Made by a program: the position numbers and the translations under genes
Origin: Clostridia bacterium
GTDB taxonomy: Bacteria; Bacillota; Clostridia; Oscillospirales; CAG-382
Direction of reading: 5' to 3'
Length of the DNA stretch: 33,456 nucleotides
Assembly: GCA_900757905.1 (NCBI GenBank)
Contig: CAAEPN010000005.1
Coordinates: forward strand, 1 to 33,456
Shown: positions 17,187 through 25,166 of the stretch, in pieces
How the letters are laid out: every line of letters begins with the position of its first letter
How positions within the stretch are numbered: the first letter of the stretch is position 1
Notes under the pieces: model-generated
Databases searched by the model: none
What the model was told of the DNA's origin: nothing
What the model saw: the letters and a program-made list of their open reading frames with translations, nothing else

Positions 17187-18461
17187 TTATTCCTCAAGCC
17201 GTATGACCGCGCTTTTTGCGTGTGCCGTAAGTCCCTCTTGTTCAGCGAAATACGCAACGTCATACGCAACTTTTTTGAGTGCGTCCGCGGTGTAATACGT
17301 GTACTGTGTTTTTTTCACGAAATCGTCCACCGAAAGCGGACTGGAGAATTTTGCCGTACCGCTTGTGGGCAGTGTATGATTGGCACCGGCTAAGTAATCG
17401 CCCAACGCTTCGGGACAGTTTTTTCCCATAAATACCGAACCTGCATGACGGATCTCGTCAAGATAATCGAACGGATTGTCTACGCAAAGCTCCAAATGCT
17501 CGGGTGCGATCTCGTTTGCAATACCGATAGCGGTTCGGATGTCGTCCGCAACAATGATCTTGCCGTTGTTGTCAATGGACGCACGCGCGATTTCCGCCCT
17601 TTCAAGCAGAGGAATTTGAAGCTCAATTTCCCTTTGAACCGCCTCGGCGACTTCTGTCGAGGTCGTCACCAAAACCGCACTTGCCATTTTATCGTGCTCG
17701 GCCTGTGAGAGTAGGTCTGCCGCCGCATATTTCGGATTTACCGTTGCGTCGGCAACAATTAAAATCTCACTCGGACCTGCCACCATATCAATGGAAACCA
17801 AGCCGAAAACCTGTTTTTTCGCCTCGGCGACAAACGCGTTTCCGGGACCGACGATCTTATCCGCTTTCGGGATGCTCTCGGTGCCGTAGGCAAGCGCCGC
17901 TATCGCCTGTGCGCCGCCAACCTTGAATATTTTGTCAATGCCTGCAATATATGCCGCCGCAAGAATGACCGGATTGACGCTGCCGTCAGGTCGCGGCGGC
18001 GTGACCATGACAAGATTTTTCACGCCTGCGATCTTAGCCGGAATGGCGTCCATCAAAACGGTGGACGGATATGCCGCCGTGCCGCCCGGAACATAAAGTC
18101 CGGCGCAGTCTACGGGAATGATCTTCTGACCGGTCAAAATACCGCTTTCATCGTTGATGATAAAACTGGTGCGGACTTGTTTTTCGTGAAATTTCCGGAT
18201 ATTTGCCGCCGCTTTTTTTAATATATTTATAAATTTTTCGTCCACGGACTTTACCGCGTTTTCAATTTCATCGGCGCTCACGGCAAACGACGAAAGTTTA
18301 GCCTTATCAAACTTTTCGCAGTATTCGAACAGCGCCTTGTCGCCGTTCGTTTTCACGTTCCCGATAATTTCGGAAACAATTCCCTCAACATTCGTTTTGG
18401 CGCTTGTGCGCGCAAAAATATCTTTATTTTCAACCTCGCCGTATTTTAAGATCTTAATCAT
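17187..18461 (-). CDS. hisD: Histidinol dehydrogenase
   Basis: Track ORF trimmed to the ATG at 18461 (MIKILKYGEV), 8 nt overlapping the hisG stop. Motifs GPGNAFVAEAK, SQAEHD and PEHLEL are present. Confidence 0.95.
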   Translation of the reverse strand: MIKILKYGEVENKDIFARTSAKTNVEGIVSEIIGNVKTNGDKALFEYCEKFDKAKLSSFAVSADEIENAVKSVDEKFINILKKAAANIRKFHEKQVRTSFIINDESGILTGQKIIPVDCAGLYVPGGTAAYPSTVLMDAIPAKIAGVKNLVMVTPPRPDGSVNPVILAAAYIAGIDKIFKVGGAQAIAALAYGTESIPKADKIVGPGNAFVAEAKKQVFGLVSIDMVAGPSEILIVADATVNPKYAAADLLSQAEHDKMASAVLVTTSTEVAEAVQREIELQIPLLERAEIARASIDNNGKIIVADDIRTAIGIANEIAPEHLELCVDNPFDYLDEIRHAGSVFMGKNCPEALGDYLAGANHTLPTSGTAKFSSPLSVDDFVKKTQYTYYTADALKKVAYDVAYFAEQEGLTAHAKSAVIRLEE

Positions 18462-19083
18462 CCTTAACCTCCAGATGCGCTGCAATATTTTCAATGATAT
18501 CGGTCTTGAATTTGAAGCTCGACTTGTTCGCGATAAGCCGTGCACTGACGGGAAAAATTTTTTCGATCACCTCAAGATCGTTTTCCTTTAAGGTCGTACC
18601 GGTTTCCACAATATCTACAATGACATCCGAAAGTCCTAAAATCGGTGCAATTTCAATTGACCCGTTTAAGTGGATGATGTCAATATCCCGTCCCTTTGCG
18701 TTGTAATATCGCTTTGCGCAGTTCGAAAATTTTGTCGCAACACGAAGCGTTTTGCGGTTTTCATCGAAAAAGCCTTTTTTCGCCGCAACGCACATAGCGC
18801 ATTTGCCGATATTTAAGTCTAAAAGCTCGTAAACATCCGGTTCGTATTCAAGCAAGATGTCTTTTCCGGCAACGCCTATGGCCGCCGCGCCGCGTTCCAC
18901 ATAAATTGAAACATCCGACGGTTTTACCCAAAAATAACGAAGCTTTTTTTCGGGATTTTCAAAAATGAGCTTTCTTGTGTCGTCCAAAACCGACGGACAC
19001 TCAAATCCTGCCCTTTCAAACATTTTGTATACCTTTTCGCCGAGTCTTCCTTTCGGAAGCGCGATATTCAAAAAATCACTCAA
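18454..19083 (-). CDS. hisG: ATP phosphoribosyltransferase, short (HisZ-dependent) form
   Basis: 209 aa with N-terminal LNIALPKGRL. The only start that keeps this motif is the TTG at 19083, which overlaps the hisZ stop by 8 nt. AGGAGG lies upstream. Confidence 0.9.
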   Translation of the reverse strand: MSDFLNIALPKGRLGEKVYKMFERAGFECPSVLDDTRKLIFENPEKKLRYFWVKPSDVSIYVERGAAAIGVAGKDILLEYEPDVYELLDLNIGKCAMCVAAKKGFFDENRKTLRVATKFSNCAKRYYNAKGRDIDIIHLNGSIEIAPILGLSDVIVDIVETGTTLKENDLEVIEKIFPVSARLIANKSSFKFKTDIIENIAAHLEVKDD

Positions 19084-20182
19084 CTCTTTCCAAACCTCCT
19101 TTTCCGAACCTGTAAAGCGACCGATAGCGTAAATTCTGCGGTATCTTCTTTTGTGCCGAAACGCTTATATTTTTCTCGGTAAGTGCGCCGACAGCGTCTT
19201 TCAGCGCTTTTGCGTCCGCTGTTTCGTCGTACAAAACAAGCGCGCCGACATCAAATTTTTCCTCATCGTCCGGCAGACGTTCGAGAAGGTCGAGATACAC
19301 GGCAAAGCCGATCGCATTGGAATTTCTTTTCATTTTGCGCATAAGACCGTCATACTGACCGCCCGATAAAACGCCTGTGGGAATGGTATTGATAAACCCC
19401 TTGAACACGATTCCGTTGTAGTAACTCAAATCGTGGATTACCGAAAAATCGAAATGGATTCTTTCTTCAAGTCCGCTGTTTTCAAAATAGGCGGCAATTT
19501 TTTCAAGAGCGGCAACATACGGCGAGATCTTGTCAAAATCAATTTCTTTGAGTGCAGAAACCACCTTTTTCATATTTCCGTAAAGCGACGCGGTCTTCAC
19601 AAGAATCTCAGACGCTTTTTCGTCGGCGTTTTCCGACGCGCAAATTCGTTTGATTCCCTGAATATTTTTTTCACCAAGGCATTTTAAGATCTCCTTTTCG
19701 CCGTCAGCCGAAACCGAAAGCGCCTTGATCTCCTCCGAAATAAGCTCCATATGGGAAATATCAAGAATAAAATCCTTTGAAATGCTTTCAAGGCTTTTTG
19801 CCGCAAGATAAAGCGTTTCGCAGATGATGTATTCGTCAACATCGCCAATACATTCAAGACCGGTCTGCATGATTTCCTTAAACGACTGCGTGCCCTTTGA
19901 AACGCGGTAAACATTTTCGTTATAGTAGACCTTTTTCACCGAGCCGGTAATGTCGGTGCTGTCCTTGATGATGGAAAGCGTAACGTCCGGCTTTAAAGCC
20001 ATAAGCACGCCGTTTGTATCGGTAAAAGTAATGATACTGTCCGACACGAGAAAATCCTTGTTGCGCGTATATAGATCGTATTCCTCAAACCGGCTCATCT
20101 TAAACGGACGGTAGCCGTAGCTTTCGTATAAATTACGCAATTTAAAAATTGCTTTTTCTTCGCTTCGTAAAATGTAATCCAT
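19076..20182 (-). CDS. hisZ: ATP phosphoribosyltransferase regulatory subunit (HisRS paralog)
   Basis: The track start at 20203 is TTG. The ATG at 20182 (MDYILRSEEKAIFKLRNLYESYGYRPF) follows GGGAGA by 8 nt and sits directly after the yerC-like stop. Confidence 0.85.
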   Translation of the reverse strand: MDYILRSEEKAIFKLRNLYESYGYRPFKMSRFEEYDLYTRNKDFLVSDSIITFTDTNGVLMALKPDVTLSIIKDSTDITGSVKKVYYNENVYRVSKGTQSFKEIMQTGLECIGDVDEYIICETLYLAAKSLESISKDFILDISHMELISEEIKALSVSADGEKEILKCLGEKNIQGIKRICASENADEKASEILVKTASLYGNMKKVVSALKEIDFDKISPYVAALEKIAAYFENSGLEERIHFDFSVIHDLSYYNGIVFKGFINTIPTGVLSGGQYDGLMRKMKRNSNAIGFAVYLDLLERLPDDEEKFDVGALVLYDETADAKALKDAVGALTEKNISVSAQKKIPQNLRYRSLYRFGKGGLERVE

Positions 20183-20183
20183 T

Positions 20184-20477
20184 TTAGTTTTCTCCCTCTT
20201 CAAGCCTTTGGAGCGCCGCTTTATAGCCGCCCGTACCGTAAGTGAAGCACTTTTTCACGCGGCTTACCGTAGCGGTGCTTGCACCGGTCTCTTTGGAAAT
20301 TTCAATATAGCTTTTGTTCTGCTGCAAAAGCTTGGCGACTTCCAAGCGCTGCGATAGCGTCTGAATTTCCTTTACGGTGCATATATCTTCAAAAAAATCG
20401 TAGCATTCCTGCACGCTTTTTAAGGTTAAGATCGCCTCAAATAGCGTGTCTGTAAATTCCGTATACTTCTTTTCCAT
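20184..20477 (-). CDS. yerC: YerC/YecD-family TrpR-like DNA-binding protein (putative his regulator)
   Basis: MEKKYTEFTDTLFEAILTLKSVQECYDFFEDICTVKEIQTLSQRLEVAKLL..GASTATVSRVKKC closely resembles B. subtilis YerC as I recall it. Either the ATG at 20477 or the GTG at 20486 could be the start. Confidence 0.8.
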   Translation of the reverse strand: MEKKYTEFTDTLFEAILTLKSVQECYDFFEDICTVKEIQTLSQRLEVAKLLQQNKSYIEISKETGASTATVSRVKKCFTYGTGGYKAALQRLEEGEN

Positions 20478-20494
20478 GTGTCTCACGTTCCTTT

Positions 20495-20523
20495 ATAAGA
20501 AAGCATCTCTTTCACTTTCTTAT
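20495..20523. promoter_or_regulatory. 9-11-9 perfect inverted repeat ATAAGAAAG-N11-CTTTCTTAT at the his operon transcription start
   Basis: Arms at 20495-20503 and 20515-20523 are exact reverse complements. The repeat overlaps the minus-strand -10 by 2 nt, which is an operator-like position. Confidence 0.45.
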
Positions 20524-20550
20524 ATTAACACGTTAAAACGCTAAAGTCAA
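20522..20550 (-). promoter_or_regulatory. Sigma-A promoter of the yerC-his operon
   Basis: On the minus strand: TTGACT (rc of 20545-20550), a 17-nt spacer, then TAATAT (rc of 20522-20527). Confidence 0.6.
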
Positions 20551-20735
20551 GTGGCATAACAAATAATTTACAAAAATACAAAATCCGATAAGATTTTGCT
20601 GTGCCCTATTGTGGGCAAATTTGTTTGCAATACTATTTGAGGTTCTTGGCATAACAAAGGCAAACTGTAAACGCGCAAAATTCTCGACAGCTCATCATGT
20701 CCGTCAGTGCGGCTTTTGATTGCCAAAACTTTACA

Positions 20736-20764
20736 GTATATCAAAATGAGCCATGCAAATACTA
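20736..20764 (+). promoter_or_regulatory. Weak candidate forespore (sigma-G/F-like) promoter upstream of the SASP gene
   Basis: GTATA, a 17-nt spacer, then AATACTA. This compares with the remembered consensus GHATR-N17/18-CATNNTA; the first -10 base is a mismatch. The leader would be about 80 nt. Confidence 0.2.
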
Positions 20765-20849
20765 TGAGCGTAAAGCCGCAAAACAAAAGTTTTTCGCGAG
20801 CTTTCAATCACAAACCGATCTACGGTTAAATTTCAAGGAGATATTTATC

Positions 20850-21047
20850 ATGAATAACAAGAAGTTAGTTCCCGAAGCAAAAGAAGCTATGGATAAGTTT
20901 AAGATGGAAGCTGCCAGCGAAGTCGGCGTAACCCTCAAGCAGGGCTACAATGGCGACCTTACTGCAAAGCAGGCTGGTTCTGTCGGCGGCCAGATGGTCA
21001 AGAAGATGATCATGAACGCTGAAAACGCTATGAAGACCAACGGCTAA
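20850..21047 (+). CDS. ssp: Alpha/beta-type small acid-soluble spore protein
   Basis: Track ORF trimmed to the ATG at 20850 after AAGGAG. MNNKKLVPEAKEAMDKFKMEAASEVGV..TAKQAGSVGGQMVKKMI is the canonical SASP pattern. Confidence 0.9.
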   Translation: MNNKKLVPEAKEAMDKFKMEAASEVGVTLKQGYNGDLTAKQAGSVGGQMVKKMIMNAENAMKTNG

Positions 21048-21106
21048 CCCTTAGGTTGACCAATGCTTTATAGCTTTATCCGGTAAAGTTTGCCGGAGGA
21101 AGCAAA

Positions 21107-21136
21107 AAACGCGGAGAATTTACATTCTCCGCGTTT
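21107..21136. terminator. Terminator hairpin, left copy of a duplicated 30-mer
   Basis: AAACGCGGAGAATTTACATTCTCCGCGTTT. The stem is GCGGAGAAT/ATTCTCCGC with an A-run upstream. It matches 21328-21357 at 29 of 30 positions. Confidence 0.75.
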
Positions 21137-21327
21137 GAGCGTGTCGCAAAACTTCGTTTTACGACACGGAAACAGATTCGTGCGCTCGCGCCTCATGCCA
21201 AAAAGCTCCGCTTTTCGACACTTGCGAATCTATCGGTGAAAAATCCGTGGCGCATGTCCCCGGATTTTTCGTTTTTTATTGAACTCGGCTTCGCCCGAAA
21301 AGCCTCATAGACTTTTGCAACAATCTG
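21137..21327 (+). repeat. 191-bp interspersed structured element, copy 1 (putative non-autonomous mobile element or RNA module)
   Basis: Manual alignment to the reverse complement of 27363-27553 gives 14 differences (11 substitutions, 3 indel positions) over 191 bp. Internal hairpins include a bidirectional terminator-like stem AAAAATCCG/CGGATTTTT (21239-21269). Confidence 0.9.
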
Positions 21328-21357
21328 AAACGCGGAGAATTTAAATTCTCCGCGTTT
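21328..21357. terminator. Terminator hairpin, right copy of the duplicated 30-mer
   Basis: AAACGCGGAGAATTTAAATTCTCCGCGTTT followed by TTTA. It lies 14 nt past the stop of the convergent 927-aa gene. Confidence 0.75.
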
Positions 21358-21370
21358 TTATCGTTACATT

Positions 21371-24154
21371 TTAACCAGCTTCATACTCGATCGAAGCAAG
21401 CTCATTCATATCGCTGTCATATAGCGTCGCCTTGACCGTTCCGCTCGGCGTAAAGGATTTCGGTGCGATGATACGGTATTCGCCCTCTCCGTTGCTGATA
21501 AGGCTCATTTTTCCCGTGCTGACCACCTCGCCGTCCTCAATCGCTTCATAAACGACCGTGTAAGTTGTCTCTTCGAGAACGGTAACATACACGCTGCCGT
21601 CTTTATACGTGATTCCGTACTCCAATTTTTCCGGCGGCAGAAGCGGCTTTAAGACGCGTATTTCGCCGTATTCCGACGTATAACGCACCCAACCCTGCCG
21701 TGTGGAGGTTGACGAAACTTCCGTTTTTCTTTTCCAAACCGACGTATCCAACACGGTCGGAAGAACAACTTCCTCTTTGACCTCCGGATAACCGTCGAGT
21801 GCGCGTTCTGCCGTGCCTTCCTCGGTTTCGGTCGGCGCCTTGGTGATAACCCACGGCTGCCACCAATGCGCATACAAGGTCACGTCGTCACCCTTGATTT
21901 CGTCAAGTGATTCGGTCTTTGTGCCGCCGTCCTTTTCGGTATACCAGCCGCCAAAGGTAAGGCCCTGACGCGAAAGCGTCTGGAGCGGTTCGTCGCCGGC
22001 GTGCCAATAAGCGTTGAGATAATAGCAGCTTGTCGTTTTGCCGCCGTCGTAGTTCGGATCAAAGGTCACATGCCGTTTTTCGGTGCTTGTCGGAAGCTCG
22101 ACCTTTGCCTGTACGCCAAAGCCCCACGGCATCGAATATTCGGTATCATAATACTGTCTTGACACTTCCACGGTATTGCCGTTTTGCCGCAGGATGCAAA
22201 AAATAACGTTCGGAATGTCTTTAATGCCCGTATAGGTATAATATTCATCGGCTTCGATATCATACAAATACATGGGGTAGTGACTGGTCACATAGTCGCT
22301 GAGGAAGAAGCAGATATATTTTCCGTCCTCGGTACGGATAGCGGAGCTTGCCTGACTGGTACTTACAGAATCCAACGTGCCTTCTAACTCCGTTGTAAAC
22401 TTCACCTTGTCAAGATCCACATAATAGAAGCCATTTTTGCCGTCTTCCCAGAACAGCGGCAGAGCGTTGAAGGCAAACAGCCACCCCTTTTCATACCGCC
22501 TGTCGGAGCAATGCACTTTGTAATCGTAATGTTTGACCAACGCCGCGTCGCTGACCAAGAAAAATGTGCGTCCGATCGTTCCGGCTATATCGGGAACCGG
22601 GTCATCCCACGTGACATCCACATGGTACTTTACGCCGTCAATGGTGACAACGCTCCATGCATGAAGTCCCATGCCTTGACCATTGTCAGCAAATCCGACG
22701 ACCTGCTCCGCCTGAATGCCTACGCGGCTCAGCAAGTCGTTATAGCCCTTGGTATAGCCGTCGCAGACCGCAAAGCCATCGACGATCGAGCCGTATTCGC
22801 TGTGACTGTATTTCTTCTTATACGTCAAGTCATACGTGCAGTGTTCCACCAACCAGTCATGGAGCCGCAGAGCCTTTGCCACATCGGACAATCCTTCGCC
22901 GAGATCGTCGCCGAGCGCTTCACGGAGCGCTTTCTGCACAGCAGCTTCGTAGACAGCCTTATCGTAGCTCTTCTTTTCGTTCGAAGGAGCGCCTTTGCCG
23001 GCATCGACGTTCGGCTGCGTTTCATCCGACGGATCAGTGCTGTCGTCTTTCTTGGTATTATCGTCCTTTTTGGTATCTTCGTCTTTCTTGTCGTCCTCCG
23101 CCGGGTCGGTCGGTTTTGCCGGTTCATCCGAATCATCCGGATCATCGGAATCGTCCTTGTCGTCGGGGTCAGGCTGCACCGGTGTTACAGGCACCGTGGA
23201 CGCACGCTTTAAGAACGTCACGATCTGACCGCGCGTACAGGTATCGTCCGGTGAAAAGGTGGTTGCGGACGTGCCCTTCGTCACACCGTTTTTCACCGCC
23301 CATGCCACAGCCTGCGCATATTCCGCGTCTGCTTTGACATCGGTAAACGTCGAGAGCGCCTCGGTTTTCGGACTGCCGGCGTTTTTCCAAAGATAGATCA
23401 CCGTCGAAGCACGGGTGCAGGGCGTGTACGGCTCAAAATTGCGGCCCGTAACCATGGTATGATCCTTAGCCCACATGGCCGGTTCATAGTAATATTGGTT
23501 GGCGCTCACGTCATCAAAGATGATAAAGCCATCTCTCTTGGGACTGCCGGCGGCACGCCACATAAAGGTGAGTATCTGTGCGCGCGTGCAGGTGTCGTTC
23601 GGCGAAAAGGTGGTTGCCGTCGTTCCCGTTGTGATCTGCTTTTCCACCGCCCAGTTGACGGCTTCGGCAAAATAATCGTCCGCCTTTACATCGGTAAAGC
23701 CGGAACGCACGGTCGGATTATCCGTTGACGTGTTATCCGCCGCGGCCGAGTTTGAAGTGCCAGCGGCCTTAAACGTGTACGTCACGATGACGTTAACGCC
23801 GTTCGGCGTGACATTCGTCGTTTTATTGCCGTTGACCTTGACGGACATTTTGCTCATATTGGAGGTAAACTTTTTGTCAAGGCCGGGCTTTATGCCAAGC
23901 TGCACCGTAACGGTATAGTCGCAGTTTTCCTTAAAGGTCGCATCCGACGGCGACCAAGTCACGCTTAACACCTGGGTACTGGCCGTAGCCGGTAAAGAAG
24001 CCGTGTTTGCCGGGACTTCACCGACTTTTGGTGCGGCAACGGTCAAATTGATAATGGAAACGATTCCGGTTGCAAAGGCAGAAGCCGATAGCAGAACCGC
24101 AAGCGTTACCATGAGCAAAAAACCGTTAACGCGTTTCATGAATGTGTGTTTCAC
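21371..24154 (-). CDS. SLH-anchored surface protein with a transglutaminase-like (Cys-His-Asp) core and a Listeria-Bacteroides (Flg_new) repeat
   Basis: The start is probably the GTG at 24154, 5 nt after GGAGGGG (rc of 24160-24166); the ATG at 24139 is 20 nt from that RBS. Signal peptide KRVNGFLLMVTLAVLLSASAFA. Three SLH-like repeats (FTDVKADDYFAEAVNWAV..TRAQI, FDDVSANQYY.., FTDVKADAEYAQAVAWAV..). A D/K/P-rich linker. Transglutaminase core FAVCDGYTKGY..GLHAWSVV..HVDVTWDD. Flg_new repeat VTFDPNYDGG..LTFGGWYTEKDGG. Confidence 0.85.
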   Translation of the reverse strand: MKHTFMKRVNGFLLMVTLAVLLSASAFATGIVSIINLTVAAPKVGEVPANTASLPATASTQVLSVTWSPSDATFKENCDYTVTVQLGIKPGLDKKFTSNMSKMSVKVNGNKTTNVTPNGVNVIVTYTFKAAGTSNSAAADNTSTDNPTVRSGFTDVKADDYFAEAVNWAVEKQITTGTTATTFSPNDTCTRAQILTFMWRAAGSPKRDGFIIFDDVSANQYYYEPAMWAKDHTMVTGRNFEPYTPCTRASTVIYLWKNAGSPKTEALSTFTDVKADAEYAQAVAWAVKNGVTKGTSATTFSPDDTCTRGQIVTFLKRASTVPVTPVQPDPDDKDDSDDPDDSDEPAKPTDPAEDDKKDEDTKKDDNTKKDDSTDPSDETQPNVDAGKGAPSNEKKSYDKAVYEAAVQKALREALGDDLGEGLSDVAKALRLHDWLVEHCTYDLTYKKKYSHSEYGSIVDGFAVCDGYTKGYNDLLSRVGIQAEQVVGFADNGQGMGLHAWSVVTIDGVKYHVDVTWDDPVPDIAGTIGRTFFLVSDAALVKHYDYKVHCSDRRYEKGWLFAFNALPLFWEDGKNGFYYVDLDKVKFTTELEGTLDSVSTSQASSAIRTEDGKYICFFLSDYVTSHYPMYLYDIEADEYYTYTGIKDIPNVIFCILRQNGNTVEVSRQYYDTEYSMPWGFGVQAKVELPTSTEKRHVTFDPNYDGGKTTSCYYLNAYWHAGDEPLQTLSRQGLTFGGWYTEKDGGTKTESLDEIKGDDVTLYAHWWQPWVITKAPTETEEGTAERALDGYPEVKEEVVLPTVLDTSVWKRKTEVSSTSTRQGWVRYTSEYGEIRVLKPLLPPEKLEYGITYKDGSVYVTVLEETTYTVVYEAIEDGEVVSTGKMSLISNGEGEYRIIAPKSFTPSGTVKATLYDSDMNELASIEYEAG

Positions 24155-24185
24155 ACAAACCCCTCCTCTATATATATATTCGTTT

Positions 24186-24968
24186 TTACAGATGGCGTTC
24201 GAAAATATCCGGTACATTCAATTTATCCCGGCTGCCTATCTCAAAGCAGTTTCGCTTGATACCGATATACTTCCCGTCTGCGATGATATAATGGTCGATA
24301 AGGCGCACGGCAAGCGAGCCGAGCAACTCCCCGACCTCCACCGTCATGCTTTTATCCTCATACGACGCCGCAAGCGTGCCGCTGGGATGATTATGCGCCA
24401 AAACCGCATAGGCTGCCGATGAGGATACGGCGCTTGCCACGATCTTTTTGGTTTTGACCGGTGCAAGGTCGTCCGTGCCGTCCGAAATAACGACGCTGCG
24501 GTCGATACGGCCTTTTTTGTCGAGTAACAGAAGCATTAGCCGCTCGGTCTCAACGCCGGTATAGAGTTTAACGAGATAATCGCCGATCTGCTCAAACGAA
24601 TGAAACATCTCATTCGGGTCGCAGGCGGACGAAATGCGGCGATGACATTCAAACACAGTCTTTAAGAGCACGGCGGCATTTTCGCCGATACCGTCCACCT
24701 GCATAAGCTCCGCCGCCGACGCGGCAAACAGCTTATCGAGCCGTCCGAAGCGTTCGATAAGACGGTGCGCTATCGGATTGGTATCGCGCCGCGGAATGGC
24801 ATAATACAGCAGCATTTCCAAAAGCTCGTGATCCTGTAAGATCTCCGCGCCGGCGTCCAAAAAGCGAGCACGCATGCGTTCACGGTGTCTGGTGTGCGGA
24901 TTGGCCGCAGTTTTGGCGCTGTCCGGTTCAGGCTTTGTAAAATTTTGGGATGATAAATTCTTTTTCAT
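24186..24968 (-). CDS. radC: RadC-family JAB/MPN domain protein
   Basis: Track ORF trimmed to the ATG at 24968 (MKKNLSS). HhH region ELMQVDGIGENAAVLLKTV and JAMM motif LAHNHPSG. No obvious SD sequence. Confidence 0.85.
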   Translation of the reverse strand: MKKNLSSQNFTKPEPDSAKTAANPHTRHRERMRARFLDAGAEILQDHELLEMLLYYAIPRRDTNPIAHRLIERFGRLDKLFAASAAELMQVDGIGENAAVLLKTVFECHRRISSACDPNEMFHSFEQIGDYLVKLYTGVETERLMLLLLDKKGRIDRSVVISDGTDDLAPVKTKKIVASAVSSSAAYAVLAHNHPSGTLAASYEDKSMTVEVGELLGSLAVRLIDHYIIADGKYIGIKRNCFEIGSRDKLNVPDIFERHL

Positions 24969-25013
24969 AGCATTTAATCGACATTCAAATATGAATTTTA
25001 TGGAAACAACTGT

Positions 25014-25042
25014 ATGATAGCACGATTTGGATAAATTGTCAA
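25014..25042 (-). promoter_or_regulatory. Sigma-A promoter for radC (and probably the downstream SLH gene)
   Basis: On the minus strand: TTGACA (rc of 25037-25042), a 17-nt spacer, then TATCAT (rc of 25014-25019). Confidence 0.55.
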
Positions 25043-25070
25043 GAAGAGAAATCAAAAAATGCAGTTTGTC

Positions 25071-25099
25071 TTGACAAACAAGAAAAAACTGCGTATAAT
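25071..25099 (+). promoter_or_regulatory. Consensus sigma-A promoter for mntP
   Basis: TTGACA (25071-25076), a 17-nt spacer, then TATAAT (25094-25099). Confidence 0.65.
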
Positions 25100-25166
25100 A
25101 TTAAGACATGCTTTTGCATATGCTTTAGAAAAGATTCCTATAAATATAAACGGAGTTGTTGCAGCA

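Noticed and set aside
20478-20521. T-box or His-leader-peptide attenuator for the his operon
   Set aside because: The leader is about 40 nt, too short for either, and contains no run of His codons.
20568-20807. 79-aa minus-strand ORF with one hydrophobic segment, between the his promoter and the SASP gene
   Set aside because: It has a TTG start and no SD sequence, and it lies in an AT-rich promoter region. A small membrane protein cannot be excluded, but nothing positively supports one.
24169-24179. (TA)5.5 tract between radC and the SLH gene as a phase-variation switch
   Set aside because: It is too short for appreciable slippage, and it lies upstream of the RBS rather than in a promoter spacer or coding frame.
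25100-25166. Expected yybP-ykoY Mn riboswitch upstream of mntP
   Set aside because: The leader from the consensus promoter to the ATG is only about 65 nt, and I could not see the conserved riboswitch core. Only a short GCATATGC palindrome is present. A cmsearch would settle this.
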